DNA from: the human T2T-CHM13v2.0 reference genome, Homo sapiens
DNA length: 64,000 bases
Strand: one strand, 5' to 3'
Assembly (NCBI RefSeq): GCF_009914755.1
Contig: NC_060932.1
The position numbers were made by a program, and so were the translations under genes. Below are positions 47,014-63,609 of this stretch, piece after piece. The notes beneath the pieces were generated by a model that was given only the letters and a program-made list of their open reading frames with translations, made no database searches and had not been told where the DNA came from. The first letter of the stretch is position 1. Every line of letters starts with the position of its first letter.

Positions 47014-50000
47014 TCACTGCCTTATGAACATTGAATCCATGTGCTCCACAGAGTTTTATAGACATTGCTCACATTAATCCCAATCAGGCGGAATCAAGAA
47101 GCTGACCCGAGAGTAACAAAAAACAACCTGCTGAATTGCTGGCACTTCTACGTATGTCCAGAGTACCAGACAGAAGGAAAACCGGGGCCAGATTGGAACA
47201 CTTAATATTTTATGGTAGGGAAATGGCTGAGAATGTGCTCACTTCAGATGCGCATATGCAGACTTCAGATATATTTATCCAGAAACACATTTTGAAATTC
47301 ATGAACCGGCACAGTCACGAAACATAACAACTTGCAAGGGGATCAGGGTGCAAAGAAATGGAGGACATCCAACGTCTCAAAAGTACAGGATCTAGTGAAA
47401 GTGGTTTGTTACTGATTTGGAATTCAGTTTGAAAAGGAAATGGAATTATGACAATTATAATATTGTGAGCAAAATTACCATTTTAAGCAGGATAAATTAT
47501 ACAGCCACATATCAAACTACCTAATACATATCAGAAAATAGAACAGAGCCCAGCTCTAATCTGGCTTAAAATAGAATTATCTAGCTATCTAATTTTCAGC
47601 AAATTGCATCCAGTTTGACATTGTAAAGCCCAAATAAAAGGATTAAAATAAGCATAACCTGGTTATCCTTCTATTGTCTCAGAGAGTACTAAAGCATATA
47701 TATTATTTCAATAACAATAAAAAATCTGAATACTTACCTTTGGTGGAACTTACCCAGCACTGTCTTATCCCATTGGGATTACATATTGAAAATTAAGTGC
47801 CAGTGACAAGTCACCTGCACAGAGAATTTTTGCCTTTGGCATTGACAAAACTTTGAATAGTAATGTGACCATGATCTCAGAGTTAAACCCTAGTTTTTAG
47901 TTGATAGAACCTGTGAATATTACTTCCTCTGTTTTGCACCTTCTGTGTGTAATAAAATATAGCAAAAGTGTTAATACGTATGGAATTTATTGAACATTCT
48001 AAAGAACCTTTTATATCGTCCCTATGTTTCTAGAAAGTCTGATGGCATGGTAATTTTGGAGAGCATTGTGTGCACTATTAGTGCAGTAGATTTTAAGTAT
48101 AAAAGATAATGGGGTAAGGCAGACAGAAAGCTTCATTGCATTTCTGTTAACTGTGCCCTTAGACACTCTCAAGAAAACGGAGACCGAAATCCTGAGTTGG
48201 TTGAGCTCTGCCAGAGCATCACAAAACAACAAGCCAAGTCTGTGAAAAGGAAAGAAAATGGCACACAACTATCAGGTTTAGCTACTAGATAAGTAAACTA
48301 GAATTTGGTTTAACTATTAAAAACAGCACTTAAATAATACCCTATTTCATGCATTTACAATACTTCAAAATAGCCCTATGGGACTGATATATTATATTCC
48401 CTTTAAAAATAAGGAAACAAGTTTCAAAAACATTTGAGTATCTTGTGCAATCATTGGTAGGACTAAGATTTCTACTCAGCTAAACTCAGAGCCTAAAATT
48501 GTGAGCAACCACAGCTTATGCTGCCAACTGCCTCAGTTCTTTTGGCTAGAGTTCCCTTGGTCATTTTGAGGGACAGGCTGTGTGGGTCACTGTCCCGCAG
48601 TAGGTCACTGTCGGTTACTGAGGCAGGGTATAGAAAACAGCTGTTTCTGGAATGAGTAATTAGGAAAGCCAGGTAAGATGATTTCCACATGATGCCAAAC
48701 CAGTTAATCGCTTTTGCTTATTTAAATTGTGGCTCGATCCATGGGAATGGGCTCTGGGAGTAGAGTTAATCAAAATAATTATTTGACTAAACTGGCAACT
48801 GCTTAACTCCTGGATTAGACAATCGATCAGGCAATCCCATGCTTATCCAGTTGTATGGGAAGATTCATAATACCCAATAAAATCCTCCCAAGGTGAAAAA
48901 CATCCCATATATTTTTCTTCAAGAAGGGGCAATAACGTCTTATATTCCGGATAAGTGTCATTACTCAGAGTAACTGGAGGAGCAACGCTTACTGGTAGGA
49001 CAGCTGTGCCCTGAGAATCCAAATCCCAAAACTGTCAATCAAGGAAACAGATATGTATGTTCAGATACTAGAGATACAATCTGAAGCCTAGAAATTACAT
49101 TTAAGAATGTTTTGCAAGAACGATTTTTTCTTTTTTCTTTTGTAATTCACTTTGGAGTTTTGATTTGTCATGCTGTTTGTTTCATACTCAATAATCTTCT
49201 ATCTCTATTTTCAACTTCCCAAAATCTCATGATTTCTACATTTTTACACGAAAGCAACTTTTCTTAAATAAGTAATATTTGTAAGAATCTTGTGAAAACC
49301 TTTGTGCATTTCTCATCTTATTTAGATTGAAAGTGCTCTTCTATAAATTGGAGAAACGCTTCCTGAAGGAGTCTGACTCCAGCATCCAAGGAACTGGAGC
49401 TGCTTCGGGAAGATGCCAAATTCATTTCCTACTTCAGCTGGGGCACTGAGTCAGAATTTAGGAAAGAGACCACGGGAAGCTACATTGTAACAGCACAACC
49501 GCCATTGAGGCTTCCTGCACACAGTAAAATTTGAGCACCCTGGGGGGCAGTCATTTTCCTTGTTACTTAGTGTTGCAAGTTTAAGTAGACACAAATTACT
49601 ATAAATCTGACACTCTCTTAGGGTCTAAGGCAATCAAGTTTCCCATAACGTCTGTTTCTTGTTGAAATTTCCAGTGATACTTCAAAGGAAATATTGTTTA
49701 ACACAGTTTCCCAAACCTCTGAAAACCGAGGAGGGGAGAGGCAGAGTAGTGATAGCAATGCACCATTTGCACTTACAGGAGGAGCTGGTTAACTGGTTAC
49801 TTGCGTGAACTACCTATCACATATATGCCTTTTCTCAGCATTAAGGAAGACAAATCTTCTGGCTATTCTTTTGCAACCTGATCACCAAGATCACCCTAAC
49901 AGCATTATCCTGGTAAGATATTTTTTGTGTGACGTCAGTTGAAATACCTGTCTACCTTCTCAATCTCCCTGCTTGTCCCATTAGGAAATAGGGGACCCTT

Positions 50001-51368
50001 TTCTGAGTTGTAACCACAGGAAATGTTCCAGAATCACTTTATGGTTTGGGTGTTAATAGGAAGCAACATGAGAGATCAAAAAGGGGAGAAATCATAATTA
50101 CAAGATAATTGTGGTCACCTCTGCTATATTCCCATTTTGTTTTACGTAAAAACTTCTGGAGTGAGTGCTTCATTTGTAAGTGCAGATGTCTGAGCTTAAA
50201 CCCCAAACTTACTTCCTCAAAATTTCCAAGGGTGTGATCTGATATTTTCTTATGATTCCGGAGATTCTGAGAAGAGCTTGCTGACAAGAATAAGGCAAGG
50301 TTCAGAGAAACAAAAATGAGCTGTGCAGTGCTGTGGGTATAAATTAGGAATTGAACAGGAGAATCTGACTCAGAGGAAATCATTCACATGCGGCCGAAGT
50401 GTGGTTTGACATTTGAAAACAAGACTCATGACGCTGCTTTAAAACTCATGTGCATAGAACGGAGACTTCAAGTTCTGGTAGTGGATATTACAAGGGAGAA
50501 GACGCAGAAATTAAAGAAGGCCATGAATACATAGAACTAATTTACTTAAATGTTTTTCACTATAAAACAATGTGGGGTTGAAAGCTAGGTAGTAAAATTT
50601 TCTCAGATTCTGCAAATTGCTCGAAAATGATTTAAGCCCTAGAAAGAACTCCTACCAGGGGCATCATAATTCCAAATGTTGACCACGTTAGAGGACACAT
50701 CGCCACTCACATGCCTCTCCTCCCAATTTCTCACTTCGTATCTATTACTGTTTAGAGGTTATAGAATTTATCACAGGCAAACCTGGTGCGTTACTCAAAT
50801 GTAATCTATAACAAATTATTCTGAAGCTTACCTACATCTATTCTAAAAAGCTAGGGATAATACTTTTCATGCCTGTTTGATTTGAGATAAAGTTTCTTTT
50901 CTCCTCTTCTAGATCCTCTTTAAACCCTCAGGCTATGCAATATCCAATTTTTTTAAGATTTACATCAGTTTAAAGATATTTCATAAGTTATTTTTCATTT
51001 CAGTCTTTCTTTAAATAGTTTGTTTAGGTTTATAGATCCCAAATATGAATTTAGACAATTTGGTTTCATTGAAGTTTTTTCCCAAATTATTCTCTCGCAC
51101 AATAGTTTATAAATAAAAAATAAATACAGAAATATACTAAATGATACCCTTCTCAGAAATGATAAAATAGTAACATTGGAAAAATAAGTTAAGAAAATAT
51201 TTATACCAATTTTATTTTATTCATAAATACAATGTTTCCAGTTAGTTTTGAGAAGAAGGTGACAAACATTTGGAAGAATAATACAAAATACAACTGGGTG
51301 ACTTTCCTATTTGTTTCACTTTTTTGTTGTTGTTGTTGTTGTTTATCACGTGCCAAACCCTGCACTAA

Positions 51369-51707
<339 letters not shown>

Positions 51708-52491
51708 TAGAAAGGAGGAAACTGGAGCCCCTGTGCCTTAACTCATTTAAAAAAACCACACCTCCTTCAGGGATAGCTGCAGTTTGCCTCAGATTTCTCT
51801 CATTCTCTGATGTTAATGACTATAATAATTTGACCAACAAGGCTCCGGTCCTTAAGAGCGCTAGTGCTGTGTAAACTATCCCGGGTTACACATACCTCTG
51901 AAAGAATTCTTAACCCCTGACTCCAAAGATTAGTTCAATAAGTTCATGTCTCCAGATCTCCAGGGCAAGGACGATGGGCCCAGCTTGGGAGAACAGTGGA
52001 AGCAACGTTGCTGAAGGTGATTCCCAGGTCTCCGTTTCATTTAGCCCTGGCAGAATCACTGCCTCATGCTCAGAGAGAGTATGACTGAAAAAAACAAAAC
52101 CAGCAAACCAAGAAACCCGGGAGAAACAGGGGCTCCTATAATAATCCTTCCACAGAGTCTCTCCCTTCCTTGACCACCACCGTGGCCTCCTACAGATCAC
52201 TGGGAGGTGACGGACTCCCCAGGCCGTCCCCATCGAGCTGCTCTTCCACAGTCCTCCTCTTTTCTTGTGGAACAGTCATGTTGGTCAACTGCATTTCCCA
52301 CGTCCAGCGCCTGATTGACCTGTCGGGCCGTCATTCCAACTGTTCATTCCCCGGCCACTCTCTGCTGAGCAAGTCCACCCTGACTGCTCACTCCTACTGC
52401 TACTGCCATCCTGGGCACAGATTCTAAAAGCAGAAGCTTTGAATAAAGTGTGTGATCTTCTTCCAGGGCAGTTATTTCTATTTATGGTTGT

Positions 52492-52522
52492 ATTCATTCA
52501 TTCATTCATTCATTCATCATTC
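52492..52522. repeat. (CATT)n microsatellite, probably an L2 tail
   Basis: ATTCATTCATTC... followed by L2-like sequence. Confidence 0.8.
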
Positions 52523-53305
52523 AGCTACTATTTAGTACAGAAATACCCAGCTACTCTGCCCGAGGACATTCACTAAGTACCTAACTTGGTCTACCTAAAG
52601 TGAGTGCTGTAGAGAAAATCACAAGTAGGGAGACTCAAATAAATGAACTAAAATACGAAGGAAACCAGGAGGCAGACAGGGAAAGGCGTGAGAGGGGATC
52701 AAAATTTCACAAAGACCATGCATTTCTGAAGAGAGGCCAGAAAAAGGTTCTATAATAGTATACACAACAATTAAATTTATGAATTATTTAAGGTGAATAA
52801 CCTAAAATGTTAATAACTAGATATTAAAAAAACAACTTATTTATTAACCTGAAAACAATGTAATATATAGCAAAAATGTATAAAACAATACTATTTCTTG
52901 AAAGTTGTTTTATATTTAAAAGGAGTCATAACCTTTAAAAAGCCTTCAGAATTATCCAGAAGAAACAATAACCATTATTGACTTCCAGAGATAGATTAGA
53001 AAAAGAGCTATTATAAATAAAGAGATTGATAATTGAATTAGGGATGCTATATTTTGTACTTCGTATGCCTACTATATCATCATTCGGCCAATTTAATTTG
53101 CCTTGAAAAGAGTTGCATGGCTTAATTGATTTTTCAAATAAGTTTTCCACTCTCAAAGTTACTCTGCCAAAGCTTTATTTAAATCTGTACGCCACTTTCA
53201 ATTACAGATACAGTTATGCCAACAGAATAAGGCATTTTATTCTGCTTAATTCTTTCCAAGATGGAAATGAAAAAAATGAACTTTTAGGAATTGGTAACAT
53301 TTTCA

Positions 53306-53446
<141 letters not shown>

Positions 53447-53789
53447 TCAGTCCTGCAGGTCCTCACTTTCTCCCTGGAATCTTTGCTCCAACCTGCTTCA
53501 CTCAACTATGCTGAGAAAGAGCAAGTCTTCGGAGTTAATTCTGCCCCTAATTACAGCACACGATACAATGCTGTGTGCCTTAGTTATTTATGAGCTGTGC
53601 TCTCCCTCTTGACAGTGAACTGCTTTAGAATAAAGACCATTTTTCAAGATCCATCTTCTCCTCTCACACTCAAAGGCTCCCAGTAAAGATGAGTCCATGT
53701 AATGTTTGCGTCACAGTCAGGCATCAAATGGACTTCAGTATATTAGCTGCTACTCATTGAGAGGTAGTATTACTCCCTATTGATTGATT

Positions 53790-54005
53790 GCTAACTATGT
53801 GGTACTTACTGTGCCTAGATAAATACATTGCATAGATTAACTCACATAGCAACCCTGAAAGGATTACCATTCCCCTCTTACACATGAAGAAACCAAGCCT
53901 GGAAGAGATGAAGAAATTTGCCTAAAGTGACATGCCTGGTAAACAGTACAACCAGAAGGTCATTCCAGCTGCGTCTGGTTCCAGTACCCAAGTTTCAGCC
54001 ACCAC
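53790..54005 (-). mobile_element. MIR
   Basis: TTACACATGAAGAAACCAAG...AAATTTGCCTAAAGTGACA antisense MIR core. Confidence 0.55.
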
Positions 54006-54862
54006 ACATGACTGTCAGATAGCTTTTCAATTTCGGAAGGCAGCTAACTGCAACCACTTTCTCCCCAGGAAATCTTATGCTGTGAGAGAGGGTGAAATAA
54101 GTTCATGCATCTTGCCTTATCTTGGCGACTCACATGTTTTGCTACTGTATCTGAGGTTTGACTACAAAGAGACACAACTGATTTTACAACAAACATGCCC
54201 AGTGATACAAGACGAAGCATTTGAAGTTCCAATCTTTGATCATTTGTAGCCTATTAAAATAATTTCTTATATTCCAAAATTAATGCAAATGATGCCACTT
54301 CTTTTCAGGAAGCCCAAAGGAAATGGCTTTATTCTAACAATGCTCTCATTATGCAAAATGTTTTAAACAAAATATTTTCTGGAAGCCCTCTTTTAGAGGC
54401 CCCCTAGGACCTGTGGTGAAGCCTTTTTCTTTTTTAATCATCATCAAGACTGAAACAACTTATTTGTAATTTGAGAAATAGCTAAAACTTAAGTCTAGTG
54501 AATATGGTGATTGCTCAAGCCAGGGCACCATATTCTGGATTTCAAACATTGTATAAGTTGAAAAATGTGAGCTACAAACATTTAAAAGTATATTTTTGTG
54601 GTGTGAGTCATAATTCTGGAAAAGTCTTGGACACCATCAACTGTGTTGCTATTTAAAGTATAACCTCTCAAGGCGACTTCTTTGTGGCAGAGACTAGGCA
54701 TTTGCAAGGCCAGGCTCCCATGTGCACTTTGTCCATGCAGCTGCTGAATGTGCGGAAGACACACCAGCAAATCTGAGTGGCATGCCTACATACATTTAGC
54801 AGTAACACCCTTTCCCTTAGGGCTCGTGGGACCTGCAGTGACAGTAGATGTGTATATCCAAC

Positions 54863-55414
54863 TGTCAGAGGTGTTAAACCAGAACAACTCCACCTGGAAT
54901 AGGAGCTGGATAAAACAAGGCTGAAACGTACTGGGCTGCATTCCCAGATGGTGAAGGCTTTCTAAGTCACAGGATGAGAGAGAAGGTCAGTACAAAATAC
55001 AGGTCACAAATACCTTGCTGACAAAACAGGCTGCAGTAAAGAAACCGGCTAAACCCACCAAAGCCAAGATGGCCATGAGTGTGACCTCTGGTTGTCCTCA
55101 CTGCTACACTCCCACCAGCACCAAGACAGTTTACAAATGCCACGGCAACGTCAGGAACTTACCCTCTATGGTCTAAAAAGGGGAGGCATGAATAACCCAC
55201 CGCTTGTTTAGCATATCATCAAGAAACAACCATAAAAATGGGCAACCAGCAGCCCTCGGGGCTGCTCTGTCTATGGAGTAACCATTCTTTTGTTCCTTTA
55301 CTTTCTTAATAAACTTGCTTTCACTTTACTCTACGGATTCGTCCTGAATTCTTTCTTGCACAAGATCCAAGAACCCTCTCCTGGGGTGTGGATCACAACC
55401 CCTTTCCTGTAACA
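54863..55414 (+). mobile_element. MER41A solo LTR (ERV1)
   Basis: TGTCAGAGG...CCCCTTTCCTGTAACA; perfect 4-bp TSD CAAC; lacks the MER41B GAS-containing segment. Confidence 0.9.
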
Positions 55415-55842
55415 CAACTACAGGGAAGACACGAATGAAAAAGGCCGAATCAATGACAAAAAAAGGAAAACAACAGAACCAGTAAATGTGGTATTACTAA
55501 AAAGTTCCTTTTGATTTTAGCATGATTTTCACACACACATGCAGAGGGAAATTATAAAATACAAACACTCATACATATCTTCAGCTGAGGACTGAGGCAG
55601 CCCTGCAGGAGGGGCTGGCCCAGGACCTCAGCGTAGACAGCATCATCAACACGGATGTCTGTGTCCCACACAGACCAACTCTCTGTGTGATGGGAAACTG
55701 ATCATGGGCCTGACCACTGGGTTCATCTCCTGTCAAACATGCATCAATCACCTAATTACTTGAGAGCTTAGTTAAAACCACGGTAATCCTTTGTTTTTGA
55801 TGTTGCTTATCTAGAAAACTACAAGTCAATAGATAAGCGTAA

Positions 55843-56199
<357 letters not shown>

Positions 56200-57148
56200 T
56201 AAGGCGACTGGGCTTGCCATGTCTTAGATTGGTTCAGTGTCCATCTCTGTGTGGTCATCAAGTTGCAGACTGACTTCCTGCCTCCTGCCTGGGAAGCTCC
56301 CTCCATGCCAGACCCTTTCTTATAGGTAAATAGCATATTTAGAGTTATTGGTAAATGTGGTTTTTGTAAAGGGAAAGGAGTTTATTTTTATAAAATGGCT
56401 AGAGACCTTATATTTTACTGGATTTATACATCTTATTTTGTGTGAATTCTTGGTTTTGGCGGGAGAAAGAATATACAGAATTTTTACTGAAGGACACAGA
56501 CACACCATGCTGAAGAGCCCTGCGGTGCAGTGAGACAGGGAGGTCCTGGGCCACCTGCTGTGACATGAACTTCACCCAGCTGTAGAGCCCTAGAAAACTG
56601 CGAGACCATTCTGGGGCTTGTTATAAATATTCAAAACAGTCAATACTGGTTAAATTCTGAGAACACTGCTTGATATATTAACCTCTAGAGAAGTGGTTTT
56701 ATATACATTCTCTTCATTAGTACTTTTATTTTTCAAAATTAGGTCATGGGATTTCCAGGAGCTCTTAAGTAAAATATTATCTCTCTATGGACTTCTCCTC
56801 TTACAATTCCCCAGTTTGGAGTAATCTAAAGCTAACAGCTACAAAAAACCTTTTAATCACTAGAATCTGTCTTTGAGATTTATCATGGGTCATGTGTGAG
56901 TTTTTAAAACAATGAAAAAACTTGTATACCCTGTAAAGAATTACAGAAGTTGACATAACTTAAACATGTGCTAATATTTACGATGTTAAGTAAAAGAGAA
57001 AAGCCTATTATATTTTGCAAATATAAGTTAATTCTTTGAATAAAACATCCCATTATGTAATACAAAGTGACAGCAAAGGCATATTATTTGAGTCTATGTC
57101 TGCTTAGAATTGATTTCATTGTGAAGTTTAAAAAATTTCAATTCCTGA

Positions 57149-57602
<454 letters not shown>

Positions 57603-59710
57603 AAGGCTGGGATTTTAAACGTCTGTAAAAGTAGCTCAATGTTTTTAGCTGACATGTTAATCTAGACATTTATTTTTACCAAGACATAGCTTTTAAAAAT
57701 AAGATACTGTCCTCTAAGGTATATTTTTCACTTGTAAGCAACTATGATGTAGTGAACATAACATAAACAGACGTTCTCTCCTGGATGAGCCTATCATAAA
57801 GGCTGAAGTTTTTTGTTTTACAGGTTTCGTGCAGTTTTATTTTCCTCTGTACACAATTTCACCTGCATCCCATGCAAGGCAGTTAAATTGTGTATTACTA
57901 AAAACCATTGAATACCTAAATTTATTTGAGATGTGGGGAAATTAGGCTGTCAGAAGAATGTGTAACAGACAGTAATTACCTCGCTTTACTTGTGGGTGCC
58001 CACACCACACTACGCCGAAATGAATTCTAAACAGAATGTGAATAGCTCCCAGGACAATTTTAAGGCTATTCTGTGGCCTTTAAAATAGCTAATGTTCATC
58101 CATATAGAGTTGACCACTTTCTCCTAAAACACCATTTGGCAGTATGGCATGTTTGAGGCTGACTGTCTGGACATAAATGGGTTCTGAGCACACCCCCAGC
58201 AATACTTGAGTGTTCGAAGACTGTGGGGAACAATAAAGACAGCACCCCAGAAGTGTGACTGTTATAATGATCCAGGCTCTCTGATACTCATTCATTCCCT
58301 AGCCATTCTTTAATTGAAATTCTTGAGTGTCTACCATGTGCTGAAGATACAGAGGTGAGTATTGCAAGTCTCTGTCACCAAAGCCTTTGGGGATTGTAGA
58401 AGGGCAAATTAAAGAGCAATATCATTACAACTCTGCAGGAAGTAAAGTCAGGCACATGGTGGTGGTAGCCCAGGGTAGAGATGACTCACTGCACCTGCAG
58501 GTGGGAGCTCAGAGAGCATTGAGGAGGGGACACTCTCTCCAGTGCAAAATTCAAGAGGGTGCCTAAACCCTCCAATAAATATTTTAATGCAATATTTGGA
58601 AAAAATAAAAAGAAAGGCAGAAAATCTATGATGAACAAAATATGAAAATTTTAAATAAAGACAAGATCAGTACTGCCGATGTTTCCTTTTGCCTCTTTCC
58701 TGTGATAAAGTTGGAGTATGGCTGAATATGGGAGCTGTAGGTTAGGATTCCATGGAGACGATAATTTAGGAGGGGACTGTGCCATCTTAAAGATGGGGCA
58801 TTGGAGCTAAGAATCACAGGGGAGGATACGCTCAGGTGGAAGGGGTGACAGGAGTGAGAAGTCACTTGGATTTAGGGAGTGAGGGAGAAATTTAAGGTAA
58901 TACCCAGATTTGTTGTTTAGACAAAAAAAAAAAAAAAAAAAAAAGCAGGATACTGCTAATAGCATTCGCAGAGGAAGTAGATCCAGGAGAACAACAATAG
59001 GTTTGGAGAAGCCGATCACTTTGTGGGTTGCGGGTAAGGAGTGTCAAGTAACTGACCATGATCCTACTGAGACAGTACCTGCAAGGTTGAATGGTTGCCT
59101 GAGCTACAGGTAAAGGTTTCTGAGTTGGGCTACAACAAATAGGTGATGGGTGAAGCTGGGGGCCTGAATGATGGGGAGCAAAGGGCACCCTGACATCACC
59201 AACCTTTGTACTGAGGGACTTGTGACCACCACCTTCAATGCCCCTGGAATCATTAAACTCCCATCACATTACCTATGCTAACAGTTTAGGGAGTCTCAAG
59301 CCATTAAATACAGCTCTGGAAAGCTTTTTCCTAAAGAAGCCGGCTGATTGTGCCCCCAGGAGCGCATCCACAAGATAGTCACCAGGCTGTTTCCAACATG
59401 AAATACTCCATCACTCCATCAGTAATCTGTCATTCTGAATTTTCTTCCTGGGAACTTGTTTTTTCTGAGGCTAAAGGTCTATACAGAAAACTCCCCAGAC
59501 TTTCAGACCAGCTGCATTCCTTCTTTGCCACAAATTAACAAACTGGCCTTCTGACACACATGTCGTTTTGGTGCAGGGCCGTGAGCGGGCAGTCTTGCCT
59601 CTGGTCTGTGCGGGCTGACCCAGACACACTGAGAAGACGGAGTTGCTGCATCCAGTGGGGAAGGTGCAGGTTAAACGCATCATTCTGCTCTACTGCATTA
59701 TGTGCTATTA

Positions 59711-59998
<288 letters not shown>

Positions 59999-62055
59999 TT
60001 AATTATAAATATTTGAAAATTCAAAAATTGTGAAATCTGTTTTTAGTAATGATTATTAGTGAGTCACATTTTGAACCAACATAGAAAAGTATCCATTTTC
60101 ACCGTGTTTCTTTCTACTAAAAACAAAATCTTGCAATGTCCTTTTGACCAGACCATAATTCGACTCAGCTCCTTTCTTGATACTTAAGAGTACTGAATTG
60201 GGCAAAATATGCATTTTTTTTTTCATTCACCAGAATTTACAGCTTTTGGCCTAAGAAGCTGAAAACAATTAGAAAGTACTAGGTGGTGATTAAAAGGCCA
60301 AAATGTCAGCAATACAAAGTCTGCTTATGGAGAGGTAGCTTCGGTGGTTGTCTGTGCTTCCGCGTCACATGACTACCAGGGTTCAGCAAAGCACTGGGTC
60401 GTTTCTTTATCACAGAACGGAGACTTCACATTCATTTTCTCACTAGACATCCTCACACATCACAACAACCTGCCTGCAATGAAATTAACCCTCATCACTC
60501 AGGGTCTCTTTACCCTGTAAATACATGAATTTTCCACTTTCTACTTTAAAAAATCTGTTCCAGTCTTTCTCAATGAAAAAAAAAACAAACAGTAGAGGGT
60601 TAAATTCAAAGATGTTTTGTGCTAACATCTCTTTCTCAGTAAAAGAGAGGTGATCCATGAGACCTCTGTGTGCGGCCTATTTTTATATTTTTCCTGATCG
60701 TGACTCGGTGGCCTTATCAGCCAGGTTTGCTTATCTCATAAATTTCCATTTGCCACCCACAATTGGCATAGAGGCAATTGAAAAACAATATCTAATGTAT
60801 GTTAAATAATTCCAGCCACACTGGGAACGCATCAAACAAGCGTTTGCACTAATGCAGTTATCAATGGCAAACCGATTCCCTAAGCTCTCAAACATTTCAT
60901 ACTCAATCCACCTGCCACAAAACTAACTTTCTCATACCTCTTGATATTTTTAAAAGTAGTTACAGTAAAGAAGACCATATTTAATTTTAAAGAAGATACT
61001 CCAGGTAATTTTGTGCTGCCGGCATTGACACTCTCTGTATCCCCATTCTTCGACGCATTAAATTATCCTTACAAATTTCCTTCTGAAATAGGGAAAAACA
61101 TAGAGTTCAAAAGTCTCAAAAAATTTTCATCAGAGACTACCAATAAAATGGTCATTTATTACCAATCTAGGTAATATTCTGCTATTGATTTTGTTATAAA
61201 CGTTTCCGATGAGCGATTCTAGCTACAAGTTTTCTAATAAATCAAAACAAGATAGGACCCTGTGCATTTATTTACTAGTTTTTACACCAATGGGAATTTT
61301 CTTTTTTATGTTTAAAAAGACCATTAAAACAAGTTGAGAGAAGATGGAAGTCATACATCATTCCAATATTCAGGATTTACTTTCAGCGTGTGATGTCATG
61401 GCAGCCCCTGAATCACACTAGGCATATGTATTTATAGACACTCACGTGTGAACTATGCAAGGAACAATGCTTTTCATGACTAATATGTAATTGATGCATC
61501 TGTTGTTCCAAATATATTAAAGTGTTAGTAAAATTGTCAGTTGTTAGCAATTCAAAAAAAATCCAGAATCCTTTTTTGCTCATGTGAATGACAAACAGCA
61601 GCTTGCAAACTCAAAGCTTGGCATTGTTTGTAACGAAGAAAAGAAACACAGCTTAGTTTGCATTTGAAAAACAGAGCTAATAAACGGTCTGCTGGGACTG
61701 TGCAGAAGTGCATCCACAGGCCTGTGTCCCTAAGCAGCATATTCAATAATCCATTATAAGAAATTTCTTTGGTAAAGAATTATTTCTATTTTCTTCTCTG
61801 AGAGCTGTCATAATATCATTTATAAAAGAACGGCAACAGAATCTGCAAAGTCTCACCATCAGGTAGAAAGAAGAGGAACATCGATGAGCAAGAGCAAATA
61901 TTACAGTTTGGGAATTTGAGGGAGAATGGAGGAAACATGATATTTACCTGATTTCAGGCAATTATAAAGCAAGCCCCGAAAAAGGCACAAAAACAGCATG
62001 TCAGTACAGATTGAGGTGTCCCTCTAAATGAGATCCTTGAGATATGAAAGACAAT

Positions 62056-62358
62056 TCTTTTCTTTTTTTCTTTTTTTAAGATAGGGTCTTGCTCTGTCAC
62101 CTAGGCTGGAGTGCAGTGGTGCAATCTCGGCTCACTGCAACCTCCGCCTCCTGTTTCAAGCGATCCACCCACCTCAGCCTCCCAGGTAACTGGGACTAAA
62201 GGAATGCGCCGCCATGCCCAGCTCATTTTTGTATTTTTTGTAGAGATGGTGTCTCACTGTGTTGCCCAGGCTGGTCTCAAACTCCTCGATTCAAGCAATC
62301 CTCTGACTTTGGAATCCCAAAGTGCTGGGATTACAGGTGTGAGCCACTGCAACCGGCC
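62056..62358 (-). mobile_element. AluJ/S-like
   Basis: Antisense dimeric Alu. Confidence 0.88.
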
Positions 62359-63233
62359 TAGGATAATTCTTTCTGACATATCAGGTGGATCAGGAACGTT
62401 GTGTCCTAAAGATTCAGCCTGAATAGCTTGAGTGTGTTTGGTTACAAACTTACTGAGGTATCCCAACTTTCAGGAGTCCTTACTCACCAGTTTCCACTAC
62501 AGAGACTCTCGCTCTGCCTCCAATCTTTTTGCAGAGTTACAATTATTGTGGTACCCACCAAGATGGTGTTATAATGTAAGTGGTAGGTTTGTTCTTACGA
62601 AGGTGGCTTTATACATTGATACTGGTTTCTAATAACAGCTACAATAGTTTTCCTATACTAAAGTGTGCCAGTTATTTCACAGATATTTTCTCTAAGCTGA
62701 AAGCATACATCACATGGTACCCATGTCCCACGGTTGATCAGGAGAAGTGAGATTTTGTATATAAAGCACTTGGTAATGCACCCCTTTAGCATTCAGTGTT
62801 TGCCAGCCCCTGTTCTTGCTCTTAACTTGATTCACTGCTACACAATATTTACCCCAATGTACATGCAGAAACTGAATTCCACACAGTGCTGTTATTTCAC
62901 GGCTGTAGTGTTGCAACTCTGCATATAAGAACATAGCTAAACAATTTTCCTTTAAAACCTATCAGTGTCAGTGTCATTATAAACATACAGCTAAAATATT
63001 CTATTACCTGAATTAACTGAAGAGCTGGAATGTCAATCGACCTATATATTTCTCCTGACTTTAGAATATACATGTTTTGATTATCAATTTTTATTGCTGG
63101 CAGAGAGAATTATATAATAATTATGCTAAGTGATAGACACTATTCTGAGAGTAGGCTTACTCATGGTTAAACTAGAAAATATTAATAATAAATAATAAGA
63201 GAAAAATGACTACTCTTGCCATACATTAGATTA

Positions 63234-63609
<376 letters not shown>

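Noticed and set aside
46499-47065. 188-aa minus-strand ORF
   Set aside because: Built from microsatellite and polypurine tracts
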